Source of the DNA: Trypanosoma brucei
Lineage: Eukaryota
NCBI GenBank assembly: GCA_000002445.1
Contig: AL929603.2
Span: 608,001-672,000, forward strand
Direction of reading: 5' to 3'
Length of the DNA: 64,000 nt
The translations under genes were made by a program, and so were the position numbers. Below are positions 1-10,928 of this stretch, in pieces. Below the pieces are notes generated by a model. The model ran no database searches, was not told the origin of the DNA, and worked only from the letters and a program-made list of their open reading frames with translations. How positions within the stretch are numbered: the first letter of the stretch is position 1; every line of letters starts with the position of its first letter.

Positions 1-595
1 TGATGTGGACGCGCATGTACTGCAGGCTCATGGGGGGAGTTTGGCCTCCATCGTGGCGCTAGCGGTGCATGCTGCACTCAAAACTGTACGACTACCAAGT
101 GTTACCCTTCACGAAGCCTCCGCCGGGTTTTCACTGGAAGTGAACTACAGTAAACCGTATGCCACAGCAGTAAATTGGAGTCGGCTACCGGTGTTGAGTG
201 TTGTGCATGTGTCGCCCACGCGGCATTATGTGGTGGATCCAACGCGGTTGGAGGAGTTGGCGCTGCCGCAGCAGTTGCGTGTGGCAGTCAACAGCTTCGG
301 GCAAGTGTTTCACATGCGATTTCAGCAGTTGCCTTCGCGCCGCGGGAATGCCATGCGACTTATTCGCAGTCCGCGGGAGGAAGCTGGAAAGGATAACAGT
401 AACGATAATAGCGAGCGCGATGTTGATGGTGATGATGTGGACGACAGTAGTCGAAGAGGTTTTGATGCCGGTGTTAAGGGAACGGTGGGTGGGATGAATA
501 TGCCCGACATGGCGGCAGTTCTGCACGCGGCTGTTCACATTTCACAGGCCGTCATTGCAGAGTGCGACGAGGCACTTGCGGGGAGTAGTGGGTAA
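1..595 (+). CDS. C-terminal fragment (ORF open to the window edge) of an exosome RNase PH-like subunit; possible
   Basis: The reading frame is open from base 2, so the 5' end lies upstream of the window. The translation contains 'DAHVLQAHGGSLASIVALAVHAAL', which resembles the RNase PH signature 'V(L)QADGGTRTA...A..AL'. It is followed by a 'VVDPTRLEE' segment typical of RRP42/43/45-type C-terminal lobes, then an acidic low-complexity tail. GC3-rich codon usage is consistent with coding sequence. Confidence 0.45.
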   Translation, partial: DVDAHVLQAHGGSLASIVALAVHAALKTVRLPSVTLHEASAGFSLEVNYSKPYATAVNWSRLPVLSVVHVSPTRHYVVDPTRLEELALPQQLRVAVNSFGQVFHMRFQQLPSRRGNAMRLIRSPREEAGKDNSNDNSERDVDGDDVDDSSRRGFDAGVKGTVGGMNMPDMAAVLHAAVHISQAVIAECDEALAGSSG

Positions 596-1054
596 AAGGA
601 AAGTCGTACAAGATAGGCCGCAATGAAACAGGCACTCAATAGCAAAGACGGAAGGTGAAACACGCAGAATGAAGGACAATTTATGTGATGTGTCGCGGCT
701 GTAAACTGAGCCTCCTGTATTTCTCTTGCATATTATAAGAATGTAAACGCAAAGGTTCCCGTCTCGTCTTTTGAGTCGCTTCGCCATCTATTTTTTCCCC
801 TTGTTAAATGGTGATGTTGTGGTTTATGCACCGATTAACTTCTTTTCCCTCCGTAGTTTCACCGACTCTCCCATTTTATTTTATTTTATTGCGTCTCTTT
901 CCCATCACTGGGTTTCCCTCGTTACTTCGACTGCGCCCCTTCCCCCCCCCCTCTTTCTTTTCTTTTTCCCCCTTGCTCATCATATAGATATCACGAAGGG
1001 TGGCTGATGTGTTAGTTCCGCAGCGCCGCATTCGGTTTCATTACATCCTTTAGG

Positions 1055-1056
<2 letters not shown>

Positions 1057-1133
<77 letters not shown>
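1057..1133. repeat. (GT)n dinucleotide microsatellite, about 38 units
   Basis: Uninterrupted gtgtgt... run read directly in the sequence. Confidence 0.95.
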
Positions 1134-1134
<1 letters not shown>

Positions 1135-2029
1135 ATGGAAGGAGAGAAGGTGTCTTTGCTTCATATTAGAATCGATTTAGGCCCTTTAGTTGTGTGGGTG
1201 AACGGACAGAAAAGGCGGAGTGATAATATAAGAAGTAATATGCTTCAAAAATGGAAAAAAAAGCAGGGAAGCGGGAATTGAGTTGGAATCTGATCGGCAG
1301 AAAAACAGTATTCGTCCAACAATATCGAACGCTCATCAGCGTATTTACTTGTTTTGATGGAAGTTTTATTTGACTCTACACATGTAAGCGTACATGATCC
1401 TGAACGCTGTACTCTTGCATTTATGTGGCACCATTCATACGCTCCGTTTTTCTTAACCTTTTTTCTTGGTTTATTTAGCCCTAGAGTAGAAAGAGTAAAG
1501 TAAATTAAACTAAAGAAAAAGAAATATAAGACTAACTCACGCAATCCATCACCTTGTAACATTTCAACAACGGACGCATCCAGAAGGGAAGCGCAAAGAG
1601 TTAATATAAAGAAAGAGATAAGCAAAGGGAAAAGTATATATATATATATACGGAGTGAACTTGTGATAAGCATTACAATCGAAGGGGATTTAAACCCCCG
1701 AAGTGAAAAGGAAGAAAACAAATAAGGCGAAGACAACAAAGGAAGATAGCATTAGAGAAGATTAGAAGAAGGAAAAGCAAAGCAAAGCAAAAGCGTGGGG
1801 AAAGGGTAGAAGTAAAGGAAGAAAGGAAGTTAGTTTAGAAGAGGAAGGAAAGGGTGCGTAGAAAACGCACTTCATATACCTTCACGTGTAGCTCTATCTA
1901 CTTGGATATAAACTTACATTGCCGCTGGCTATCTCCCACGGTGGCATTTAAAAGAAAACAAAAAAGAAAACAAACGCAACGCAACACGACGCAAGTGACA
2001 CTACTAGTCAGCCTCCGTCACCAGTCATT

Positions 2030-4033
2030 ATGGAAGTACGCGATGTGAATACACATGGCGGAGGCCATACGGCAGGTGGAAGGCCTGCCATCATAAAGCG
2101 GGACGAGCAGTCCAGGGCCATTCCCTCTTCATCCACCGTAACTAACGAGCCCGCGACGCGCGTCAAGCCGGAGCGGCAGTCAAATGCCACGCAAACGGAG
2201 GCGGACATGTATGTGCCAAGTGTTTACCATGATGTGAACAATACAGTGGAACTGCAACGACCTGCAAGCGCTCCACCATTGAGTTACGCGGAGTGCCCGT
2301 GTGCGGCGTGTGCTCAACAACTCTCTTCCTACCCCGCAGCAGCTCCGATGCGGAGGCCCCCGACGAGCCCCTACGGAACAATCACCACGCAACAATATAA
2401 CACATATGCTGCGCCTCAAACACCACTGCAGTCGCACCAAAGTAGAAACCTATCTGTGCATCCGCAACAACGGACAACTGCTGCGGCAACGGCAACAGCA
2501 ACAGCGCCCCCGGTGCCGACCCTCTCGCGACCCGCCCCATCAACAAGCGGCGACTATGGTCATTACCAGCAGGAGCCGCATTACCCACCACAGCAGAAGG
2601 AACAACCGCAACAACATCAATATCCGCGCCATAATGTCATTCAGCATCAGCCCTATCAGCTGTACGCGCAACCGCGCCCCTCACAACAGCCACCCCCGAG
2701 CCAAGCGCCGATATATAGTAAAGCAGTGACGGCTCCAACGGCACTTGATGTCCATCCCCTCATTGATACCACCAGCGAGTTTCTTCGTAAATGTGCTGGG
2801 CGTGTGGTGGAACTGGCCTGCACGCCGGACGGTCGCTCGATGTTGATTAACGCCTTGTCCTCGCAGGATGCCGCTTTAGTGGATACCATGGTGAGGGAAA
2901 TCGCTGATGACTTGGAAAGGGTAGCACTTGATGTGCATGGCTGCCACGTGCTTCGTGCGCTGCAGAGCTACGCGAGCGCTGAGCACACGAGAATTCTTGT
3001 TTCATGCTTCACGGAGACACTAGTGCTGAACCTCTGTACGGCGACGCAGCACACCCGACACATCCTTGAGTCTCTTTTTCAGCGTCGGTTAATTGACCTC
3101 CAACCGATTATTGATGTGCTCGCCTCGCACTCGCGGTACCTTGCCGCCACGCAGCAGGGATGCATCTCTTTCATGCACATATTGGAATTCTGCAACGAAG
3201 CCCAAAAGAAGCAACTAATTTCCCCATTGGTACCGTACTTCGCCCATGTTGCCTTGGATCCGTTTGGAAACTACGTCGTGCAACGTATCATTCAGAGTAT
3301 TGGCCTTGACGCGTCGGAATACATTACATCGTGCTTCGCTGGGGAGCTGCTTAATATGAGCTGCAACAAGTTTGGCAGTAATGTCGTAGAAGAAACTATA
3401 AAGGTTTGTGGTGGGGTCCCGGCTGTACGAAGGCTCCTGATGGAAGAGCTGATCAGTAAGCCCGGTGCCTTGCAGCGTCTCGTGCAGGACAGTTTCGGGA
3501 ACTTTGTGGTGCAAACCTTCATTGGGAGTATCACCGACCAAAATGAATTGAAGTACGTCAACGAACGCCTTCGTCCGGTATTGCAGAACAGTCCGTACGC
3601 CGCCCGCATTGAGACGAGACTTCGCACTGCCCTTACAGCTGCATCCAAGAGAAACAGCCAGGCAAGTGCTCACTGTCAGCAACGCCAACCTCATCCCAAT
3701 CGCTGCTCGCAACATTATCCCACACACCCCGGTACGCCAACTCAATTGGCAGCCGATGCACCGCCGTGTTTTGCCCCTCCCTCATCATCATTTGCTCATG
3801 TTGCCACAACTGCCGCCTCCCATCATCAGCCGCGGCAACAGCCACAACAACAGCAGCAGCAGCAGCAGCAATTCATGAGCCCTCGCTATCAACCCCCACC
3901 ATGCAACAAAGCGGCCTTTCCGCAGCGTCAGCAAAATAGGCGGCAGAGCCATTCTCAACCGAGGCGACAGCCACAACAACAACATCATCATCAGCATCAG
4001 CAACAGGTTGATTGTGATGACGGAGAATGTTAG
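2030..4033 (+). CDS. PUF9: Pumilio/PUF family RNA-binding protein (667 aa) with Q/P/H-rich low-complexity N- and C-terminal regions
   Basis: The translation carries Puf-repeat core motifs: 'HGCHVLRALQ', 'FGNYVVQRIIQS', 'FGSNVVEETI', 'FGNFVVQTFIGS'. These lie in a central ~330-aa block. The long ORF has coherent codon usage. The symbol is assigned from remembered synteny with PF16 on T. brucei chromosome 1 and is not verified. Confidence 0.75.
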   Translation: MEVRDVNTHGGGHTAGGRPAIIKRDEQSRAIPSSSTVTNEPATRVKPERQSNATQTEADMYVPSVYHDVNNTVELQRPASAPPLSYAECPCAACAQQLSSYPAAAPMRRPPTSPYGTITTQQYNTYAAPQTPLQSHQSRNLSVHPQQRTTAAATATATAPPVPTLSRPAPSTSGDYGHYQQEPHYPPQQKEQPQQHQYPRHNVIQHQPYQLYAQPRPSQQPPPSQAPIYSKAVTAPTALDVHPLIDTTSEFLRKCAGRVVELACTPDGRSMLINALSSQDAALVDTMVREIADDLERVALDVHGCHVLRALQSYASAEHTRILVSCFTETLVLNLCTATQHTRHILESLFQRRLIDLQPIIDVLASHSRYLAATQQGCISFMHILEFCNEAQKKQLISPLVPYFAHVALDPFGNYVVQRIIQSIGLDASEYITSCFAGELLNMSCNKFGSNVVEETIKVCGGVPAVRRLLMEELISKPGALQRLVQDSFGNFVVQTFIGSITDQNELKYVNERLRPVLQNSPYAARIETRLRTALTAASKRNSQASAHCQQRQPHPNRCSQHYPTHPGTPTQLAADAPPCFAPPSSSFAHVATTAASHHQPRQQPQQQQQQQQQFMSPRYQPPPCNKAAFPQRQQNRRQSHSQPRRQPQQQHHHQHQQQVDCDDGEC

Positions 4034-7000
4034 TGGAATCCGTTCCCACACCTTCACTCATCCTCGTCTGTCTGCTCCTTTGATGTGAGGTCAGTTTGGT
4101 TTGGTTTTGGTTTTGAGTGAATGAGTGGAGGGCCGGCCGAGGCGGCGGCTCATCGCAATCTGCAATTATGTATAATTATATATATATATTTATATTTATA
4201 TATTTATATATAATCGTGTACTTATGTACTTTTATACATGTATGTGTGCATATATTTTTATATATATACACATATTTACGTATTCTTATTTATGTAAACT
4301 TTACTTGTGACTATATATATATATATATATATGTGTTATACACGTCTACATTGCCGTGTCGGTATTTTCCCTCTCATTCGGAAGGGGGATGCTCTCGCGT
4401 CATTGCTGCGGTCTTCATATGCCACTTTTATTATTATTACTACTACTGTTATTATTATATGTGTTTCACACGTGTACATTAATGTATTTCTACATTTGTA
4501 TATATATATATATATACATACATATATGTATGTATGTATGTGTGTGTGTGTGTGTGTTGACATTCTTTTTTGGATGGGGTTGCTTTAAAAGAATCTTTAC
4601 CGTTTTGTTTTGACTTTCGTGTTATTGAAGTGGGGGAGCCAAAAAGAAAAAAAGGAGGAGGAAGGGGAAGAGGAAAGGGAAGCGAAGGAGAAAAGAACCG
4701 CAAGAAATGGAAAAGATAAATAAATGAATAAAACGAGGAAATTTAGATGAGGAGTGGTGAAAGAGTTGAGAAAAGGGAAACTATGGCGGTTTAATTTCAA
4801 TTGGTGCGCTTTGCACATTCATTTCGGATATTCGCCTCCTACCTTTTATTTTGGGTTTTTTTTATCTTTCTTTTTTCTCCTCCCCCCCCCCCCCCCTCCT
4901 TCGTTCTTTCATTTTTGTGCCGCGTAATCTATTTCCTTATTCTTCTCTTATCATTGTGTGGCTCTTCCTTCACTTTCTTAGCAACTGTGCCTCTTTTGCT
5001 CTCCCAAATCCTTCAACCTGAACATATAAACTTACTCATTTTTTTTTTTTAGTTTTCCTCATTTTATTTTATTTTTCGTTTAGCCTTTTAGGTTTTTTAT
5101 TTTATTTTTGAGGCGAGCTGAGCCTGTGGGCTTCTCTCTCCTCATCGTCTATTTATTTCATTTTTTTTTTTTTGTGTGTGTGTCCAATTGTTTGTTTGTT
5201 TGTTTTGACTTCTGGCTCGTTGTTGTTGTTGTCATTTTTGTTTTTGTTTTTAGAGATATTCCACATGCGCTTAGTCATGCCTTCTTTTCTTCTTTTTTTT
5301 TTCGCCTTAATTTCACTATAAATGCTTTTGTGGTGTAGTTTTATGTTATTTTCAGAAACCTCTTTTTTTATTTTCCCTTTAGTTTTATTTGTTTTCCTCC
5401 TCCGTTCCGTGCAACTTTAGATTTCACACACAAATACACAAGTAATTATATATATATTTATTTATTTATATTCATTTATTCTGCTATTTACTTATGTGAT
5501 CGTTTATATATTATATAAATAATATATATTACGTGTGGGGGAACAAAATTTAAAAAAAAAAGAAGAGAAGGGAAGAGAAGAGAAGAGAAGGATTTTAAAT
5601 AAATAAATTTATTAAGAAGAGGTGGAGAAAATTTAATGATAATCAAAAAGAAAAGAGTAAAGGTATTGACGAGTGTGCTTCAGAACGAAAAGGGAAACAA
5701 AAACAAAATAGTTAACTAACTAATTAATTAATTAATTGTACAAAAAGATAAAAGATAAATAAGTAAGAAGTAAGTCGTGTTCGGGTTGTTCTTCTTATCA
5801 GTTTTTGTTACCATTTTTATTATTATTATTGTTGTTATTATATATATATATATATATATTTATATATTTTTTTTTTGATCTTACCTTTACTTTTCAATTT
5901 CACGAATGAAGAAAAGAAAAGAAAAAGAAAAGTTACACGGCTTCCATTCTATTTAGCGACTAGATTACATGCACACACACTTTCATTTTTTTTTTCCACA
6001 CACACACACACAGACCTGTATTTAATTTTATATCACTTCTCGGTGTTTTGTTTTTTGTTTTTGTTTTGTTTTTACGGTTGTTGGTTTGTGCGTCCTTTTG
6101 CTTTTTGTGTTTTTCTTTTTTTTTTCTTTTTTTCTTTTATATAATCGACAGCTCAAATAAAATTATATCATAAAATATATATTATATATATTATAATATA
6201 AGAAAAGGATGGGCATTTTCAACCATCAACAATTGATGGGCCCTTCATTTCAGTTCTCTTCTCTTCTGAAGAGGTTTTTTGTTGTTTTTTTGTTTTTTTT
6301 TGTTTTTTGTTTTGGGGTTTTGCAAATAAAATAAATAAATATATAATTAAGTTAAACAAATATATTCGAATATTTGAATGTTTGTTCGTTTGTTTTAGAA
6401 TTACTTTAACAAATTTTTTTTCTTCCTTTTTTTTTTTCCTGCTGCGCGGTTCTCTTTTTTTTTTTTTTTTGTTTCTTGTTGTTGTTGTTGGTATTTTTGT
6501 TTTTTTGCTTTTGTGCGTGTTTTCAACAACAACAAAAAAAACTTTCTGTCATTTATACGCATTTGGTCGCTGTTGATTATATTTTTGTTTTTTGGTTATT
6601 TTATGAATGATGTCGGAAGGAATAGTTTTCAAAAGGACAAAATTAAATCAAATTTAATTGGCGTTTTTTTTTCTTTTTTTTTTCCTTTCCCCCCCCCCCC
6701 CCGCCTTAACAAGAAAGAAAGAAAGGAAAAAAAGTATGAAGGGAAAATGAAGTTGAAGATGAAAAATGAAACAACAGATAATAATAATATTATTAATAAT
6801 AATAACAACAAAGGGGGAAAAGAGAAGGAAGTAAATAAATAAATACGGAAAAATAAATAATTTTTAAAATGGAGTGATTGAGTTATTATTGGATTTTGGT
6901 GGTGGTAAGAAGGAAGGAAAAGGAAGGAATGTGTCATGTATATTATTAGAATGTTTCAATGAGAAAAGAAAAGGAGGGGAGGGGAGGGGAGGAAATATTA

Positions 7001-8595
7001 ATATATAAATATTTATTAATTAATATATTTGTATAAGGGGAGATATGAAATATGAAATGTGGTAAGAAATAAATAAGAATACGAAAAGGAAAAGGAAAAG
7101 AAAAAAAAAGGAAACACGTTTCAAATAAATTTTAGTTCGATACATTCCGTCGAGCTCATTTCATTTATGCATCAAACTCTTTTCCATCTTCCATTGTTTC
7201 ATATTATTATTTTTTTCCCCTCTTCCCCCGTGTCTTTTCTCTCCTCTTTCCACCACGCGTAGGCGTCACCTCAACTCTTATGCGCATGTTTTGAAATTAA
7301 ATTAAATTAATTTGATTTGATTTGATTTGATTTTTCAAAAAGAAAAAAAAGAAAAGAAGTGATCCCCTGGGAGGGGCGCAACGCTGTGCAATCGCGTATT
7401 CGTGTCTCTGAAATTCCCTTTTTGTTTGTTTGTTTGTTTGTTTGTTTGTTTTTATTTGAAAAGGTAATAGTAAAAAAAAGAAAATAAACAAGCAAGCAAA
7501 TAAATAAATAAAGGGAATTTTTATTTTTTTAAAAAAAAAAAAGAGGAAAGGAAAGGAAAGGAAAACGAAATAAACGTGTATTTTTTCTTTTCTTTTCTTC
7601 TCTTTTTTTGGTATTACAAATAATATGATCATGTTGCGCCGTCCCCGTTTGTGTGCTGCTTATGCATGATGATGATGATGATGATGTTTTGTTTTTGTTT
7701 TTGTTTTTGTTTTCAGTTGTTGTTGTTGTTGTTGTTCTTTTTATTGTTTCATCTTTTTCTTTTTTTTTCCTTCTTTTCCATTACTTCTTGTTGAAGAAAT
7801 TAATTGTTTTTTGTTTTTGTTTTTTGTTTTTTGTTTGTTTTTTGTTTTTTGGATGTTTGCTTCTGTGCTTTTTTTTCCTCTTTTTGGAATGTTCCCGTCA
7901 CTCGTCAGTTTTCCAACTGCATTACTGAAAAGAGGCGGGAACATTCCAAAAAGAGGGAGAAATGAAGAGAAGAGAAGAGGGATTTTGTGAATCCCAAACA
8001 AGAGAAAGGAGAGAGAAAAGATATACAATAAACCACTTGCAAATGCAAATGCAAATGTAAAAAAAAATGATTGAATTAAATTAATAAGTTATATATGTAT
8101 CTGATTTAAATTGGTTTAAATTGACAAAAGAAAAAAACGTTCCCTTCTTTTTTTTCCTCTTTTTTTTCTCTTTTTTTATTTCTTTTTTTTTATTTTATTG
8201 GTTATACATCAGTATGGGGAAATATAAAACCAAGTAAAAGACACATATTAGTTATCATAGTAAATACACGCCATAAAAAAAAAAAAGTGGGGGAGAATAA
8301 CCTCGAACATCCCTTCGAAGTTGGCTAAGTTCAAAAACAAAAACAAAAAGGAAGGGGGTCACCCATACATATTTGTATTCATTAAACAAACGCAAAGAAA
8401 AGGAAAAAAAGAAAGATAGAAAAGAATAAAACAAAAGAGAAATATATATATATATATACGTACACATATAGAAGTAAGGAAGGAAAAAAAGAAAGAAAGA
8501 ATTTTTATAAAATAAGGGAAAGAGGAATAAAAAGAAGCAATAAATATTACTTTTGAAAAAGATATCTATCTATCTGATATATATATATATATATA
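4034..8595 (+). other. 4.5-kb ORF-poor low-complexity spacer (probable long 3'UTR/intergenic region with pyrimidine tracts, (TA)n, (GTTT)n, C14 runs)
   Basis: There are no ORFs with non-repetitive translations. Six-frame ORFs here translate to poly-F/L/K/C strings. A (tttg)n run lies at about 7425-7450 and 'gatttgatttgattt' at 7311-7330. C14 homopolymers lie at 4883-4896 and 6689-6702. Confidence 0.6.
6973..6992 (+). other. G-quadruplex-capable motif (GGGGAGGGGAGGGGAGG)
   Basis: Four G runs of at least 3 with 1-nt loops, read directly. Confidence 0.5.
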
Positions 8596-9552
8596 ATGAA
8601 GTCAGAGAAAGCAGAGAAGGCATTGCAGCTTTTTGCCTCACTTCAGGATACCATACAAGCTCAACAACAACAACAACCTCCATTTCATAGCAAATCACCA
8701 TCCACATCATGTGTCATTACTAATCATATAATTCCACAGCCGGAACCGTCACGGCCAACCACATCTGAAGAAAAGAATTTGTTGAGGCGGGCGGAGGCGG
8801 CGGAATGTTTGGCTCGACGCCTACACGAAAAAAATAAACAACTTTTAGGACAAATGAGTGCATTGGAGAGACGAGGAAGAGGAGGCGCTAATGATAATTA
8901 TGAAGCGGAAGCGCAACTGCTGCGGGACCTGCTGGCGGAACGGGATGTGGAAGTGCAATGGCTTCGTGAGCAATTGCATCAGATGGAGGAAAAACAAAAA
9001 CAGAAAAAACAACAATCAACTCAAATTCAAATTCAAAGTCAAAGTCAAAGTCAGAAGCAACAAAATCACAAAAAACAAAGTCCAAATCATCAAAAGTTGT
9101 TGTTGTTGCAAGCGGCAACAGCTGCAGTTGGTGGTATTAATGGGAAAAGCAGCCACAACGCCAGCATCAGAAGTGCTGACGGCAACAGTCACAACAGAAA
9201 TGGTCATAACAAACAGTTGAAATGTGCACATGAGGATAATGGTGAGGATGAGGAAGAAGAAGGAGTTATTATTGTGAAGCAAAGAAGGAGAAGTACGGCC
9301 AGCAACACCCATCACAGCAACATGAAAAATAATAATAATAATAATAGTGGCAGTGGTAGTGGTGGTGACAACAACAATAGTATTAACAACAGCATTAGCA
9401 GCATCAGTAATATTAATAATCATAATAATCATAATCTTCTTCATCATCATCATCATCATCATAGGAGCAGCACTGTATCCAGCAGAGGTCAACAGGAACT
9501 GCGGGAATGGTTGCCAGGAGCCAGTTCCAGTCGTACGGAAGTGTTGTATTAA
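8596..9552 (+). CDS. hypothetical protein, 318 aa, coiled-coil N-terminal half and Q/N/S/H-rich low-complexity C-terminal half (His7 tract)
   Basis: The ORF follows a pyrimidine-rich/TA-rich spacer. Residues 60-150 have heptad-like charged composition ('LRDLLAERDVEVQWLREQLHQMEEKQKQKK'). No catalytic motif is recognisable. The coding call is weakened by its low-complexity nature. Confidence 0.45.
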   Translation: MKSEKAEKALQLFASLQDTIQAQQQQQPPFHSKSPSTSCVITNHIIPQPEPSRPTTSEEKNLLRRAEAAECLARRLHEKNKQLLGQMSALERRGRGGANDNYEAEAQLLRDLLAERDVEVQWLREQLHQMEEKQKQKKQQSTQIQIQSQSQSQKQQNHKKQSPNHQKLLLLQAATAAVGGINGKSSHNASIRSADGNSHNRNGHNKQLKCAHEDNGEDEEEEGVIIVKQRRRSTASNTHHSNMKNNNNNNSGSGSGGDNNNSINNSISSISNINNHNNHNLLHHHHHHHRSSTVSSRGQQELREWLPGASSSRTEVLY

Positions 9553-9849
9553 TTAATTATTTATTTATTTTATTGTACCCATTTATTTATTCATTTTTGA
9601 GCCAGTGATGAAATGGATAAGTGAAGGAGGATGGAAAGGGGATAAGTATAAAACTGATGTTTGATTTTTTGCTTTCGTTGCTGTTGCTGTTGTTGTTATT
9701 ATTAGTGGCGGTGGTTTTAGTTTCGGCTCTTGATGAGCCTGTTGTTGCGTTTATGTGTAAGATTAAAGGAACTGCGGCAGGGATTCCACGCGGCTGTTTT
9801 CCATGCAAAAATAAACGCTCCAACACGTTTATTTATTTATATTTTTTTT

Positions 9850-9874
9850 CCCTCCCCTCCCCTCCCCTCCCCCC
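9850..9874 (-). other. C-rich tract (cctcccctcccctcccctcccccc) giving a G4-capable motif on the - strand
   Basis: Read directly. It mirrors the + strand G4 motif at 6973-6992. Confidence 0.5.
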
Positions 9875-10734
9875 TGTTTATGTCACGCACGCATTTCACT
9901 CCCAATGTTATTATTATTATTGTTATTGTTGATGTTGCTGCCATTTTCAGTGTTCCGCATCGCTGTGCCCTTCTGTGTTGTTGAGTTTGATGTTGAGCTT
10001 CTTGTTGTTGTTGTTGTTGTTGTTTTTTGTTGTTTTTGTTCAACTCTTCTCTCTTCTCAGTACTACCGTTATTGTTGTCATACTTGTAAAATGTTTTACT
10101 TTCTCTTTCCCTCTATTCTTTATTTATGTATATGTTTGTGTATGTTTCTATTTACCTTGTAATGTTTTTTTTCTTTAAAAATTATTATTATTATTATTTT
10201 CTTCTCGGAGATAATATGTCACTTACTGCTACTGCTGTTATCATCATTATCATTATTATTATTATTATTGTCCTCTTCTTTTCTTCTATTTTTTTTTTTG
10301 TTTTCTCTCTTTGGGGGTGGGTGGGGGGGTATTAAAATTTGTCAACATTTTTACCTCCATCTTCCGTATTTGTTAGACCGTTTAAACTGAAGGCGTATCG
10401 TAGGCGGTGACAAGGCACGGAAAAGTATTTTTTTAAAAAAAAAAGGAGAAGGAAGAATTATACATTTAGTTTTTTCTTTTTCCTTTTTCCTTTTTGCCCT
10501 TTTCTCCTCTTTTTAGGGAGAAACAAAAAAAAAAGAAGACAGAAAGGACAAGGTGAGCATTTAGTGAATATATATATATATATATTTACGACGGCAATTA
10601 GATAGACACGTAAAGAAGAAAAAGAAGAGGAAATTAAAAGGAGGAACAAGGAAAAGAAAAATATTTTGTAACAGCGCCAACAACACCAACAGTAGAAAGC
10701 AGTCAAGAAGAGAAGAGCTGCACAGTGGTTTTTT

Positions 10735-10770
10735 TTTGTCGTTGTTGTTGTTTCTTTAGCTTTCTAAAGG
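10735..10770 (+). promoter_or_regulatory. polypyrimidine tract, probable trans-splicing acceptor signal for the PF16 mRNA
   Basis: 'tttttttttgtcgttgttgttgtttctttagctttc' lies about 170 nt upstream of the ATG and is followed by AG dinucleotides. This is the standard kinetoplastid SL-addition signal architecture (established knowledge). The actual acceptor is unmapped. Confidence 0.4.
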
Positions 10771-10928
10771 ATAAAAGAAAGTGAGAAGGGAAAAGAAAAA
10801 AAGGTAAGAAGTGAGAAAGAAAGATAGATAGAAAAGGTTGGGGAGAAAGGGCGGAAGATTCTTCTTTTCCCTTTTTATCTAAGAGCAGGAAAAAGAATTT
10901 TTAAAAAAAAAAAAACTATCACATCACA

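Noticed and set aside
2301-2729. 142-aa alternative-frame ORF and several - strand ORFs inside the PUF gene
   Set aside because: They are overlapped by the 667-aa Puf-repeat ORF. R/Q-rich translations are typical of off-frame reads of (CAG/CAA)-rich coding DNA.
5875-7928. Numerous 60-110-aa ORFs in the 4-8.6 kb and 12.5-14.4 kb spacers (e.g. 6513-6842, 13154-13630, 7653-7928)
   Set aside because: Their translations are poly-F/L/K/C/V strings generated by poly-T, (TTG)n and poly-A DNA. They are not credible proteins.
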